The notes below the pieces were generated by a model, which searched no databases, was not told where the DNA came from, and saw only the letters and a program-made list of their open reading frames with translations. This document shows, piece after piece, positions 19,027 to 29,311 of a DNA stretch of 64,000 nt; position 1 is the stretch's first letter; every line of letters begins with the position of its first letter. The stretch is from a bacterium (GTDB taxonomy: Bacteria > Babelota > Babeliae > Babelales > RVW-14). Location: positions 1 to 64,000 of the forward strand of contig JBDRBF010000008.1 in assembly GCA_043822925.1 (NCBI GenBank), written 5' to 3'. The translations under genes and the position numbers were made by a program.

Positions 19027-22000
19027 TTAAGATATCGTACCATCTTGATTAATAGTAAAATGTGATCCATTTTTTCTGTGTGCATCAATAACAATCTTCT
19101 GTGCCCCTGTCGCGCTCACAATAACTCTATCTTGTTCAATAACATCTGTCGCAAGCAGATCAACAATCACTCCCTTAACTGTTCGTATTTTACGAGACAC
19201 AGAACCGGGAAGAGTATATTCAATAGAGCCATTGGTCAAATTGCTATTTATGTTAATAAAATATTTCGCAATATCAAGAGCATAAACAGACGAAGAAGAT
19301 GTAAACGGTATTGATTTATTTTGAATCTGAGCAGCCTCAATACCTTGATAATATCCTGAAACATCTTGGCTTACTGGGCGGGATACAAATTCAAATGTTG
19401 CACCAGATTCTGCTTCTATAACAGGACCCTGAAAAGATGTTTTTACTTCTGTCTTTAAACGAGCTGAATGAACTTCGTTAATACCCCAAGATATTTTTCC
19501 GTTTTTACCAACAATAAGCTTTGATCCCGTTTTAAATATCGCCGACTCGATATACCCACGTGTTAACTGATCACCCAAAGATCTAAGAACTGGAAGCTCA
19601 CTCTTATCGTTAACAGAAAATTCACCATCAAGCACTTGTAATGTTGATCCTGATTCAAACGTAAAATTACCAGTACCAAGACCAGTTGTAACACTACTTC
19701 CAGAACCGATACGCCATATTGCACCAGCTTGAAGAAACACAATAATATCATCACTATCGCATGGCCATAAGTGTAAACCGCCACTTGCTGGCTCAATATT
19801 ACCAGCACATACAAGTTGGCCTACTCCCGTAATAAACGCTTTTCCAGTATCAAGCACACGCAACTGAACATCCGGACCGATATCAAAACTTGCCCGATCA
19901 GTAATTGTAAACATCTTACGACCCTGGACAACGCCATCTTCTACTTTATTACCCTTCATATTAATTACAGCACCATCAGCAAATTCAATAATTCCTGTAC
20001 CTCTAAATCTAATAACCGCATTTGCTTCTAAATCAAGTTGCGTTGCACTGGCAAACCGAAACACAGGTGTATCAGCAACGCCAGATTTTACGAATTCAAC
20101 AATTAATTCTGCCCCTGGCGCAACTCTAAAGTTATCGTTCACCTCAAAAAGCCGCGATACTTTAAGCGTAATTACTTTACGATCTGCTTTATCAATATTT
20201 ATGTATTGATTTGGCGCCAAACGTACATCTTGAGTAAACGCTTGCTCCAATACGGCTCCATTTTTAAGTGTAAGATTAAACGCAGAACCACCAATAACGC
20301 TTTCGCCCAATGCATCGATAGTATATTCGTTCATAAAGTTGGTTGCTTTTGCTCCATCAAGTTCTATGTTGCCCTTGACATACTTATCGAACCGAACATC
20401 TTTACGATACGTCGTATCAAAAGCGGCAGGAAGAACCAAAGCTCTCGATGCGAGAACAAAAGCTTCATCAAGACCATTTAAATCTATATCTCGTTGATTC
20501 AAATCTACTTTATCTAGATCTTCTAGATCTTCTAGATCTTCTAGCAAAACAGGAAGCCCTCGCAACATTTTATGTTTTTTATTTTTACTTATTTTTTGTA
20601 CCAGTTTTTTATCAGTTTTTTGTATTTGCTTTTGTTCTGACTTTGTGTTTTTTATTGGGTTTATCTTAATTTTATATTTGTTAAGCTTGGCAAGTTCCTG
20701 CGCTTGTTTAACGACTTTTTTTGCATAAGCTGTAACTGCAAATTTCTCATTTTTTTTACTTCGTCTCATTCTTATAAATGATGGATCTAGACCCTGCCCA
20801 GTTATTTTTTCAGCACTTAACCTAAACTGAGCAGACTGTTGTTTTATTGGATAATCAAGAACTTCAAACTCTTGAACATCCAAGAAAGAATTTTTATCTA
20901 CAATAAATGCATTTGCATTTGTATTACGTATTGAAATTGATGGGTCAGGAAAAATTAACCCAGCCGTACTCAACCTTTCCAAGCCTAAAGTTCCAGTGTC
21001 TGACGTCAAATAAATACCTGTATCTCCATCAAAGATTATTAATGGATTACCAGCTTTAACACCAGCACGATCACCAACAGTAACGACATCATATGATATA
21101 GGATCAATAAGAGAAAAACGCATTATTAATTGATTCGTTGCCGCATTACCAAAAAAAGAAATCGCCCCAGAAAGAGTAATCGCGTCATTCAAAAATATTA
21201 ATTCATTATTAATGCCCTCTATATCAAAATTTATACTCGTATCTTGAGAAACTGGAACAGTGGCATTTCCACCGATCAAAAGAGAAGCTGAATCATCATG
21301 CGTAATAAATTCTAACCCATCAAACTCAACATTTTGCAATACAAGCGTTCCACCACCCAAGTCCATTAACTTACTTACGCCATCAGCTGGACTCAAAACC
21401 ATCTTCTGTTTACCGCTCAAGCCACATACAGTAAAAATATTGTCAGTTCCAGCAATCACCAATTTCCCATTTGTCAGCGTAAGTTCCTGACTTAATTCAA
21501 AAGTAACATCTTGACCAATCTGAATCTGTGATCCTTTCCCCATACTAAAAGTATTTGCATTTATTCTAGAAAACGTAATATTTTCCAAAAGAACAGAATC
21601 ACCTGGAGAAACAATAAATTGTGGTTCGGGCTGATCTGCAAAAGTAACAACCGTGCCTCCACCATCAATCGTAATATTATTCTCAATAGTTATCGTCTGA
21701 CCGGGAGCAATATCAGCATTTGAAGTTAACTGTGTGTTTGCAACCAAAGGCTGATCAACCAACGCACCAGAAGATGAATTTCCGCCTGATGATTTATCCC
21801 CGACTTCTTTGATTATTCCATCAGGCCCAATTGCTAAAAAACCTGCTGCTTCATTTGCCAAAACATTCGCATTACTTAAAACATGTCCAACAAATAACGG
21901 ATTCGGCGCTTTTATTTGTCCGGCGCCCCTATAAACATCAAGCCATAAACGATCATTAACCGAGAGCAAACTTGTACCAGCAAACGTCCAATTATTATCT

Positions 22001-22938
22001 TTTAATAAAATAGTCGTGCACCCGTCAATAATATAATTACCAACAAGAGTCGTTACATTACCATCTAGATCCAACGTAACGTTATTTAAATATATTTTGC
22101 CGCCAGCTGTATCAAAAATAATTTTGCCTTTGCTAACAGCATCTGCAAGACCCTTAATATACACGTCGTTAAGATATAACGCTCCTGTTGCGCCACTAAC
22201 AGTAATTGACCCGCCATCAGACAAATCAAGAATAGCTCCGCGACCGTTAATGACACTCTTGCCATTAAATGTCCATGCACCAGTTAGAGCTATATTCCCA
22301 TTAAGCACAACATCTGTTGCCCCAACAAACGTTACATCTGTATCCCAAGAGTTAGAGCTCGCATAGTAACCGCCCAAAGATAACTGTTGCTGATTAAGAT
22401 CAATAATTCCAGGACCTTTAATTTGAACATCGTCAGATAAATTAAGATTATCGCTTAACGTCAAAGTGCCACTATTTAAATTAATATCTTTATTTAACGC
22501 ACTTTGTATGCCAAGCGTTAATGCTGTTGACGAATTTGCAAGATTAAGAGCACTTGAAAAAGTTGGCTGACCTTCAATTTTGTTTCCAGTCCCACTGATA
22601 TAAACCTGCTTAGCTAATGTGCCAGGCTCAAAACGCAAATAACCTGAACCATTAAGCGTTACCGTATCATCGCCTGTTGGATCATACTGAGCGGTCATGA
22701 GCGCCTGTGATCCAGCACTTTCAAGAACCCCCTCATTAAATTCAAACGTATTTCCCGTTATAGCGCCAGAACCTGACTGAACCAATGTCCCATCAAAACT
22801 TAACCCTGGGCAAGCTATATTAAAAGTTCCAGAAGAAACTTTAATAGCCGAATTTCTATTTCCAAAATTGATATCAGAAAAAAGATCTGTCACAAGGGGT
22901 ACTAATAAAAAGACTAATACACGTAAAAGTTTCTTCAT
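19027..22938 (-). CDS. Giant secreted beta-rich repeat protein (1303 aa)
   Basis: Signal peptide; G/S/T/N/L/I-rich repeats; colinear paralog of 23091-26891; internal Lys-rich linker. Confidence 0.85.
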   Translation of the reverse strand: MKKLLRVLVFLLVPLVTDLFSDINFGNRNSAIKVSSGTFNIACPGLSFDGTLVQSGSGAITGNTFEFNEGVLESAGSQALMTAQYDPTGDDTVTLNGSGYLRFEPGTLAKQVYISGTGNKIEGQPTFSSALNLANSSTALTLGIQSALNKDINLNSGTLTLSDNLNLSDDVQIKGPGIIDLNQQQLSLGGYYASSNSWDTDVTFVGATDVVLNGNIALTGAWTFNGKSVINGRGAILDLSDGGSITVSGATGALYLNDVYIKGLADAVSKGKIIFDTAGGKIYLNNVTLDLDGNVTTLVGNYIIDGCTTILLKDNNWTFAGTSLLSVNDRLWLDVYRGAGQIKAPNPLFVGHVLSNANVLANEAAGFLAIGPDGIIKEVGDKSSGGNSSSGALVDQPLVANTQLTSNADIAPGQTITIENNITIDGGGTVVTFADQPEPQFIVSPGDSVLLENITFSRINANTFSMGKGSQIQIGQDVTFELSQELTLTNGKLVIAGTDNIFTVCGLSGKQKMVLSPADGVSKLMDLGGGTLVLQNVEFDGLEFITHDDSASLLIGGNATVPVSQDTSINFDIEGINNELIFLNDAITLSGAISFFGNAATNQLIMRFSLIDPISYDVVTVGDRAGVKAGNPLIIFDGDTGIYLTSDTGTLGLERLSTAGLIFPDPSISIRNTNANAFIVDKNSFLDVQEFEVLDYPIKQQSAQFRLSAEKITGQGLDPSFIRMRRSKKNEKFAVTAYAKKVVKQAQELAKLNKYKIKINPIKNTKSEQKQIQKTDKKLVQKISKNKKHKMLRGLPVLLEDLEDLEDLDKVDLNQRDIDLNGLDEAFVLASRALVLPAAFDTTYRKDVRFDKYVKGNIELDGAKATNFMNEYTIDALGESVIGGSAFNLTLKNGAVLEQAFTQDVRLAPNQYINIDKADRKVITLKVSRLFEVNDNFRVAPGAELIVEFVKSGVADTPVFRFASATQLDLEANAVIRFRGTGIIEFADGAVINMKGNKVEDGVVQGRKMFTITDRASFDIGPDVQLRVLDTGKAFITGVGQLVCAGNIEPASGGLHLWPCDSDDIIVFLQAGAIWRIGSGSSVTTGLGTGNFTFESGSTLQVLDGEFSVNDKSELPVLRSLGDQLTRGYIESAIFKTGSKLIVGKNGKISWGINEVHSARLKTEVKTSFQGPVIEAESGATFEFVSRPVSQDVSGYYQGIEAAQIQNKSIPFTSSSSVYALDIAKYFININSNLTNGSIEYTLPGSVSRKIRTVKGVIVDLLATDVIEQDRVIVSATGAQKIVIDAHRKNGSHFTINQDGTIS

Positions 22939-23090
22939 TACTTTTCTCTCCCATAGAACGTATAGATAAACGATCTTTTCTCTCTTTTTTTTGACGCTTG
23001 CTATTAACGCTTAAAGTCAAATTTTAGTCTAGTATGCTCATGACTTTTGTCAAAAAAGATATTCCTAAACACTTTTTATGTTTTTTATTT

Positions 23091-26000
23091 TTAAATTAGT
23101 TTGCCATCTTCATCATAAGCTCTCAATTCGCCTTTGGAAGACCGTACTATGATTTCAATTTTATTTGTTTTCTTATTTTCTCGCACTTCAGGAATGTCTC
23201 CTGAATTAAGCGTGATAGTTACTCCATGATTCGTTCTTACACAAGAAGTACCCGAGACCTGCTCATAATACAAAACGCCATATTGAGTAAATGTTGTATT
23301 TTTTTGCGAAAGAAATATCGCAAGTTTTTCAAATGTCATCTGAGAATCAATTAAAGCTTTAGCTACTGGTCTTTGCACCCTAGCAACAAAACCTTTATAT
23401 GATTCTTCTTCTGCTGGACGATCAACATATTCAATCAGACCATCACCATCAATATTAAGCGGCTCCCACTTAATATTAAATGGCTTTTCAAGTCGTACTT
23501 GGTCACTTATTATTGTATTACGCCCCAAAACAAGTTTGCCTCCAACATGAACATACGAGTTGCCATCGATAATTAATTGTGAAAAATCTCCACGCTTTAA
23601 CTGATTCCCAAATGGACTTCTTATTGCAGGACTACTTACGTCGTTAAATGCAAATGTGCCGTTCTGTTCAATAAGCAAACTTGAATCATGCAACGTCCAA
23701 CTCGATTTACCCAGTCCAGTTGCTATGATTTTAGAATCTGCAACACGTATAGATGCATTATCAAAAACATACGTAATATTATCGTCAGCATTTGGATTAA
23801 GATAAATATTCCCCTCTATTGCATTTAATAATCCAGAATTCCAAAGCGCTTTGCCGACACCGGTCAAATAAATAATCTGGGCACCAAGTGCAGGAGCAAG
23901 AGAGCCTCTATCATAAAACTGTATTGTTGAAATATTTGGCCCCTGACCAACAAGTTTTAACTCTGCTTTATCTCCTAGCTCTACTGGAATCGTCGCGCCA
24001 AAATACATGTTCTGACCCAATGTAATAACAGAATTATCTTTTATACGAACCATAGGATCTTGAGAGCCAACACGCAGCCCCTGAAATATAACTGATTTCT
24101 GTAAATCAAAATTTGCATCACCAAACTCAAATAAACCTGTTACATTAACAATATTATTCTCACCTGAAAATCTAAAAACTTGTCCAGAAGCAAGAGATGC
24201 TTGAACGGGTAAAAATATATTTGCTTTATCGGCCAAAATATCAAAAGAACTAAAACCAATAGATCCAATCTTAAAACGAGAACTCGCTCTACCATCAAAT
24301 TTTAAATTCCCACTCGGATCATTAATTTCTAACTCGTTACGATATATCACATCATAAGAAGTTGGCGCTTCTGGAAGAACTCTCTCTATATCAAAATCAA
24401 AGCTACGCGTTGCTATATTTTTTTTCTGTTTTTTTATATTTTTTTTAGTCTGTTTCTTATCTTGCTTTTTATCTTGCGGAGTATCTTGTTTTTTAACGGG
24501 CTGCGTATCTCGCTCCAAAGCTCCTAAGCCAAAACTATTCTTACTTCGCATCCGAGCAAAAGCACTCTTACGCCGCACAAAAGCTTTTCCCTTTTTTTTC
24601 ATACGAACATAAGAAGAATCTATCCCTTGGCCAGAAATTTTTTCAGATATAAGATCAAAATCTACCGACTGCTGCTTAATTGGATAATCAAGAACCTCCA
24701 GCTCTTGAACCTGTAAAAACGAATTCGCATCAGTAATAAAAGCATTTGAATTTGCATTACGAATGCTAATAGATTTATCAGAAAAGACAAGGCCAGCCAA
24801 ACTAGAACCTGAATCAGAACTATCTGTTAAATAAATACCAGGGTCACCCGTTAAAATAAATAATGGATTTCCTGGCAGCACACCAATTCTACGAGAAGAA
24901 TCAGCGAGTAAAGAATAAAGAGAAAATCGAATCGTTAGCTCATTTAAAGCGGCAATTCCGGAAAAAGCTATTGAACCAGAATATTCAAGCGCATCCTGCT
25001 TAATAACAATTTCATTATCGCTGCCCTCTATGTCAAAATTCAAACTCGTGTCACCATCAAGGGCTACCGATGAATTACCAGAAAGCGCGATAGAAGAATC
25101 ACTTTCCCCAATAAAATTCGCTACCCCCTCAAGTTCAATATTTTGTAAAACAAGAGACCCATAATTTAAATCAAAGCGCTTAGCTCTGTCGGGTGATTTA
25201 AATGTTACTTTTTTCTTACCACCTATTCCACGCATACATACAACATTAGAAGCTCCATCTATCACAAATTTGCCAGACGTAAAAGTTACATCTTGGTCAA
25301 ACTCAAAAAGAACATTTGAACCTAAATAAACTTCACTTCCAGCATCCAAACGAAATGTTCCAGCATTTATACGAGAAAAAACTATATTTTCTAAAATTAC
25401 TTTTTTCCCTGAATGAACAATAAATTGTGGTGTATCCTGATGAATAAACGTAATCACTGAACCTCGACCATCAATCGCCACATCAGCATCAACACTAATC
25501 GTCTGAACCGGCGCAAGAGTTACTCCTTTATCAAGCAAAACATCGCTTGTAATTGGAGTATCAACAAGCGTTACGTCAGAAATAGATTGACCAATAGAAC
25601 GATCTGCGACTTCCAAAATAAAACCATCAGGCCCGATTTCAAGATTTCCACTTGCTATATCTAAATTTACATTATCTACACTCAATACATGCTTAAGAAA
25701 CAAAGGCAATGGCGCATTAATTTGCCCTGAAGCATCACTAATAGGAAACACAAAAGTATATAAATTTAAACGACTATTCACTCTCAAAACAGATAAGCCA
25801 TCAAAATTCCAATTTTTAGTTCGCAAAGCGATCGTCGAATCTGACTCAACCTCAACAATCCCCTTATTCATAGTAAAGTCACCAGACAGTTCAACGTCAG
25901 CTCCATTTAAACAAAGCGTTGAAGTCCCAGATTGAAAAACAATTTTACCATCTATATTACTTAGACCCTTGACGGTAATGTTCTCTAAGCGCAATGTCAC

Positions 26001-26891
26001 GCCGGGTTTTATAATAAGTTGCCCTCCACCAGACAAATCAAGAACCGCTCCATTACCATTAATTTTTGAATCGTCTTCAAATGTCCAATAACCAGTCACA
26101 TTAATATTACCATTAAGTGTTATGCTCCGTGCATTCTGAAACGTTATGTCTGTCCCCCAAGCACTTGTATAAATGCCCCCTAAATATAGGGTATACCCAG
26201 CAACATTAACATCACCAGGCCCTTCTATAAACGTATCATCAGTTAACTTAAGATCGTCACCCAATGTTAATAAACCACCATGAAGCTCAATATTTTCGTT
26301 ATATGCATTTTGAATAGCTATCGTTAATTCTGCGCTAGAATCAGTAAACACAATTTTTTGACCAGGATTAAACCGCCCTGAAACTCTATTACCAGACCCC
26401 GTAACACTTATATCAACGCCCGTTTCCGCCCGACTTACTGCTGGACTACGAGATGAAAAACTGCGTGTACCAAAAATAAACCCTGAATCAGACGGGTTAG
26501 ACTCTATTTGCGTATCGCCGATAAACTTTATGTATGTTTCTTTTTCTGGATCAAGATCACACTTATCCACACCAAGAGCCACCCCCTCTTGCGTCAAAAT
26601 CCCGTCATTAAGCGTTACTATTTCACCACTAACGCCAGTTACAGGATCTGGCAAACGAGTACCATCAGCTGAAAAACGAGTTCGCGAACCAGCTTTGGGC
26701 AAAGTAATCGTGATAGTTTTTAACGATTGATTTGGCTGCGTAATATTCATACGACCATTACGAACATCAATTCCTGAAGACCTATTTGCACTATTGAGCT
26801 TTTTAGCAACAAAACGACGCGCACTTACTCTTGTTGTACTTATTAACTGCAAAAGCACCATAATCAATAATAATTTTTTTGGAACCTTCAT
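23091..26891 (-). CDS. Giant secreted beta-rich repeat protein (~1266 aa)
   Basis: Start MKVPKK at 26891 (GGAG RBS); shares SISIRNxNxNAFIxDxNSFLxVQExEVLDYPIKQQS and other blocks with 19027-22938. Confidence 0.85.
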   Translation of the reverse strand: MKVPKKLLLIMVLLQLISTTRVSARRFVAKKLNSANRSSGIDVRNGRMNITQPNQSLKTITITLPKAGSRTRFSADGTRLPDPVTGVSGEIVTLNDGILTQEGVALGVDKCDLDPEKETYIKFIGDTQIESNPSDSGFIFGTRSFSSRSPAVSRAETGVDISVTGSGNRVSGRFNPGQKIVFTDSSAELTIAIQNAYNENIELHGGLLTLGDDLKLTDDTFIEGPGDVNVAGYTLYLGGIYTSAWGTDITFQNARSITLNGNINVTGYWTFEDDSKINGNGAVLDLSGGGQLIIKPGVTLRLENITVKGLSNIDGKIVFQSGTSTLCLNGADVELSGDFTMNKGIVEVESDSTIALRTKNWNFDGLSVLRVNSRLNLYTFVFPISDASGQINAPLPLFLKHVLSVDNVNLDIASGNLEIGPDGFILEVADRSIGQSISDVTLVDTPITSDVLLDKGVTLAPVQTISVDADVAIDGRGSVITFIHQDTPQFIVHSGKKVILENIVFSRINAGTFRLDAGSEVYLGSNVLFEFDQDVTFTSGKFVIDGASNVVCMRGIGGKKKVTFKSPDRAKRFDLNYGSLVLQNIELEGVANFIGESDSSIALSGNSSVALDGDTSLNFDIEGSDNEIVIKQDALEYSGSIAFSGIAALNELTIRFSLYSLLADSSRRIGVLPGNPLFILTGDPGIYLTDSSDSGSSLAGLVFSDKSISIRNANSNAFITDANSFLQVQELEVLDYPIKQQSVDFDLISEKISGQGIDSSYVRMKKKGKAFVRRKSAFARMRSKNSFGLGALERDTQPVKKQDTPQDKKQDKKQTKKNIKKQKKNIATRSFDFDIERVLPEAPTSYDVIYRNELEINDPSGNLKFDGRASSRFKIGSIGFSSFDILADKANIFLPVQASLASGQVFRFSGENNIVNVTGLFEFGDANFDLQKSVIFQGLRVGSQDPMVRIKDNSVITLGQNMYFGATIPVELGDKAELKLVGQGPNISTIQFYDRGSLAPALGAQIIYLTGVGKALWNSGLLNAIEGNIYLNPNADDNITYVFDNASIRVADSKIIATGLGKSSWTLHDSSLLIEQNGTFAFNDVSSPAIRSPFGNQLKRGDFSQLIIDGNSYVHVGGKLVLGRNTIISDQVRLEKPFNIKWEPLNIDGDGLIEYVDRPAEEESYKGFVARVQRPVAKALIDSQMTFEKLAIFLSQKNTTFTQYGVLYYEQVSGTSCVRTNHGVTITLNSGDIPEVRENKKTNKIEIIVRSSKGELRAYDEDGKLI

Positions 26892-27142
26892 TACTCCGTT
26901 CTCCCTCATTCAAAAATACAAAAAATATAAAAATTACATGCCTAACAGTTAAATACACACATAATAATCACAAATACTTTTGTGCTATTTTAATTTCTTC
27001 TCTAAATTCCCCAAATAAAAGCCTCAGCACCAACTATGCTAATTGTGCCGAACAAACGCCCACCATTTATACGACATTCTCCCTTTTTTATTCAGGCTAA
27101 TGTCCTCATTTCTATATGTCAACAATTCCCTACTACGCAAGT

Positions 27143-27200
27143 ATCCTGGGGTTAAAAAACACCAGGATAAAGCTACGAAAACGCGTAGCGCTGCTACGCT
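27143..27200. repeat. REP-like palindromic cluster
   Basis: TATCCTGG-GGTTAAAAAACA-CCAGGATA and CGTAGC-GCT-GCTACG; resembles the 5178-5211 element. Confidence 0.4.
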
Positions 27201-27256
27201 CGTTATTTACAAAACGATTCTTGGTTTGAAGATATGTATGTATATTTTAATTATAT

Positions 27257-27745
27257 ATGAAGATCCCAATGAAGATTCTGTTCTTTTTTTATCTCACCAG
27301 TTGTTCTGTTGTATTTGCTCAAATTAAAATAGTCCAGAAAGTTGCGCAAGAAAACACCCAAATGCCTACCACGCCTGTTACGCGCGAGGCAAATCCCAAC
27401 CAACTTGCTCAATCATTTATTTTAGCCGAATACCTTAAAACTATACTTGAAATGACGCTAACATATCATGAAAATCACGCACAAGAGCCTGAAGTTACAT
27501 GTATCAACTGTCAGAAAAAACTATCATCAGGAGTATTTTTTACCGGAATTGCAGGAATGGCCTTACATGATTTTGTCGAAAGAAAAAATAATTATGAATA
27601 CATGAAAAAAAACCTAGATAAATCTATCGAATTATTATCGAGCGGATCACCTGATGAAATAACAGAGTTCATGTTACAAGTGGCAAATGAAGTCCATTTT
27701 CCTTGCACCAAATGTCATACAAATTCTTGGATAATACAAAATTAA
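27257..27745 (+). CDS. Secreted hypothetical protein with CxxC and CxxCH motifs
   Basis: Signal peptide; CINC and C-terminal CTKCH. Confidence 0.75.
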   Translation: MKIPMKILFFFYLTSCSVVFAQIKIVQKVAQENTQMPTTPVTREANPNQLAQSFILAEYLKTILEMTLTYHENHAQEPEVTCINCQKKLSSGVFFTGIAGMALHDFVERKNNYEYMKKNLDKSIELLSSGSPDEITEFMLQVANEVHFPCTKCHTNSWIIQN

Positions 27746-27765
27746 TTTTTCACCACAGATCGCTT

Positions 27766-27811
27766 AAATAAAAAGCTGCAAGATTTTTAAAAATCTCGCA
27801 GCTTTTTATTT
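27766..27811. terminator. Bidirectional intrinsic terminator at end of ribosomal superoperon
   Basis: AAATAAAAAGCTGC...GCAGCTTTTTATTT inverted repeat between convergent genes. Confidence 0.8.
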
Positions 27812-27859
27812 ATAACAAGTGCTCGCTTAAGAGCGCTTTTTATTTACTTATTTACAGAA

Positions 27860-28216
27860 CTAAACCCATTCAAGACGGGCAATAGGAGCTGTGTCGCTCA
27901 TACGACGACCAAGTAATATAACACGCGTATATCCTCCAGGTCTGCCGACATACTTAGGTGCAATTTCTTTGATCATTTTAGTAACTGCTTTAGCATCATA
28001 TGGCAACAATTGTTTAATACGACGAATCGTATTAAAATCGTATCCCTCACGAGAGAGCGTAACGATTTTTTCAACCATTTTTTGAACTACTTTTACATGA
28101 GTCTTTGTTGTTTGTAAGCAACCATAATTAATAAAGTGAATAATTTGATTTCTCAAAATCGCTTTTCTATGGCCGCTCTTTAGATTGAGCTTTTTTCTAC
28201 CATTTTGGTGATTCAT
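27860..28216 (-). CDS. rplQ: 50S ribosomal protein L17
   Basis: HRKAILRN, RPGGYTR motifs; follows rpoA. Confidence 0.97.
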   Translation of the reverse strand: MNHQNGRKKLNLKSGHRKAILRNQIIHFINYGCLQTTKTHVKVVQKMVEKIVTLSREGYDFNTIRRIKQLLPYDAKAVTKMIKEIAPKYVGRPGGYTRVILLGRRMSDTAPIARLEWV

Positions 28217-29274
28217 GACTTCTTGGTTCCTTCCTGTTGCTTGATCGCTTTTTTCAAATCTAATTCCTTGATGTTCATCCCCAAATGCAAGCCAAATGCA
28301 CCAAGAATTTCTTTCACTTCACGCAAAGATTTGCGACCAAAATTTTTAATTTTCAAAACATCTTCATCAGTAAGATTTACCAAATCGATAACACGTTTTA
28401 TGCCCGCACCGACGAGACAGTTATGAGCTCTAACTGAAAATTCTAATTCATCAATTGATTTCAAAAACAAATCAACTGGTAAACCTTTTGTTGGCCCTTG
28501 GAGATCAGTTTGTGCTTCTTTTTCAGCTTCTTCGTCTACTTTTTTAGAAATTTCATTAAATGGAATTTCAGCTGCAGACAAAAAGTGTTCAAATTGCGTT
28601 CTTAATACAGATGTCCCGTAATGAATAACATCTTTCGGCTCGACAACTCCATTAGTTTGAATCTTCAATGTAAGTTTATCGTAATCGATAGCTTGTCCAA
28701 CACGAGTTTTTTCAACATGAAATTCAACACGCTTAATAGGCGAGAACATCGCATCTAAATAAATACGGTCATCAGCCTGAAGAGCTTGTCCTTTTGGCCA
28801 TTGAGCCGCAAGATACCCTCTGCCTGTTTCCACAAAAAACTCTATTTCTAATTCTCCGTCAGTAGCCAAATGAGCAAGAATGTGCTCTGGATTCAAAAGT
28901 TCAAGATGTTCGTCTGCATTAATATCAGCAACTTTTGCAACACCTTCGCCTTTGACAGAAAGACGCATTTTGCCCGACTCTCCGGTTTTATTTGAAATAA
29001 CAATTTCTTTAATATTTAAAAGCACATTCAAAACGTCCTCAGTCACTCCTTTAATCGCTGAATACTCATTATTAACCCCCTTAATAATCACAGAGGTTAC
29101 TGCAGAGCCTTCAACAGAAGAAAGAATAACTCGACGCAACGCATTACCAAGCGTTATGCCAAAGCCAGGTTCAAGAGGCTGAACAATCAACTCTCCATAG
29201 GTCGGCGACGACACCTTTTTCTCCCAACTCAAACTTGGAGATATCAACGGTTTATAGGTTCTCTGCATCCACAT
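28213..29274 (-). CDS. rpoA: RNA polymerase alpha subunit
   Basis: PLEPGFGITLGNALRR, ELEFSVRAHNCL, NFGRKS. Confidence 0.98.
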   Translation of the reverse strand: MWMQRTYKPLISPSLSWEKKVSSPTYGELIVQPLEPGFGITLGNALRRVILSSVEGSAVTSVIIKGVNNEYSAIKGVTEDVLNVLLNIKEIVISNKTGESGKMRLSVKGEGVAKVADINADEHLELLNPEHILAHLATDGELEIEFFVETGRGYLAAQWPKGQALQADDRIYLDAMFSPIKRVEFHVEKTRVGQAIDYDKLTLKIQTNGVVEPKDVIHYGTSVLRTQFEHFLSAAEIPFNEISKKVDEEAEKEAQTDLQGPTKGLPVDLFLKSIDELEFSVRAHNCLVGAGIKRVIDLVNLTDEDVLKIKNFGRKSLREVKEILGAFGLHLGMNIKELDLKKAIKQQEGTKKS

Positions 29275-29311
29275 TCCTCTAAGCTACTTTTCACCAACAT
29301 CCAACAGAGCT

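Noticed and set aside
19027-26891. Giant proteins as classical autotransporters or Pmp adhesins
   Set aside because: No C-terminal barrel with terminal aromatic residue and no regular GGA(I/L/V)/FxxN motif pairs
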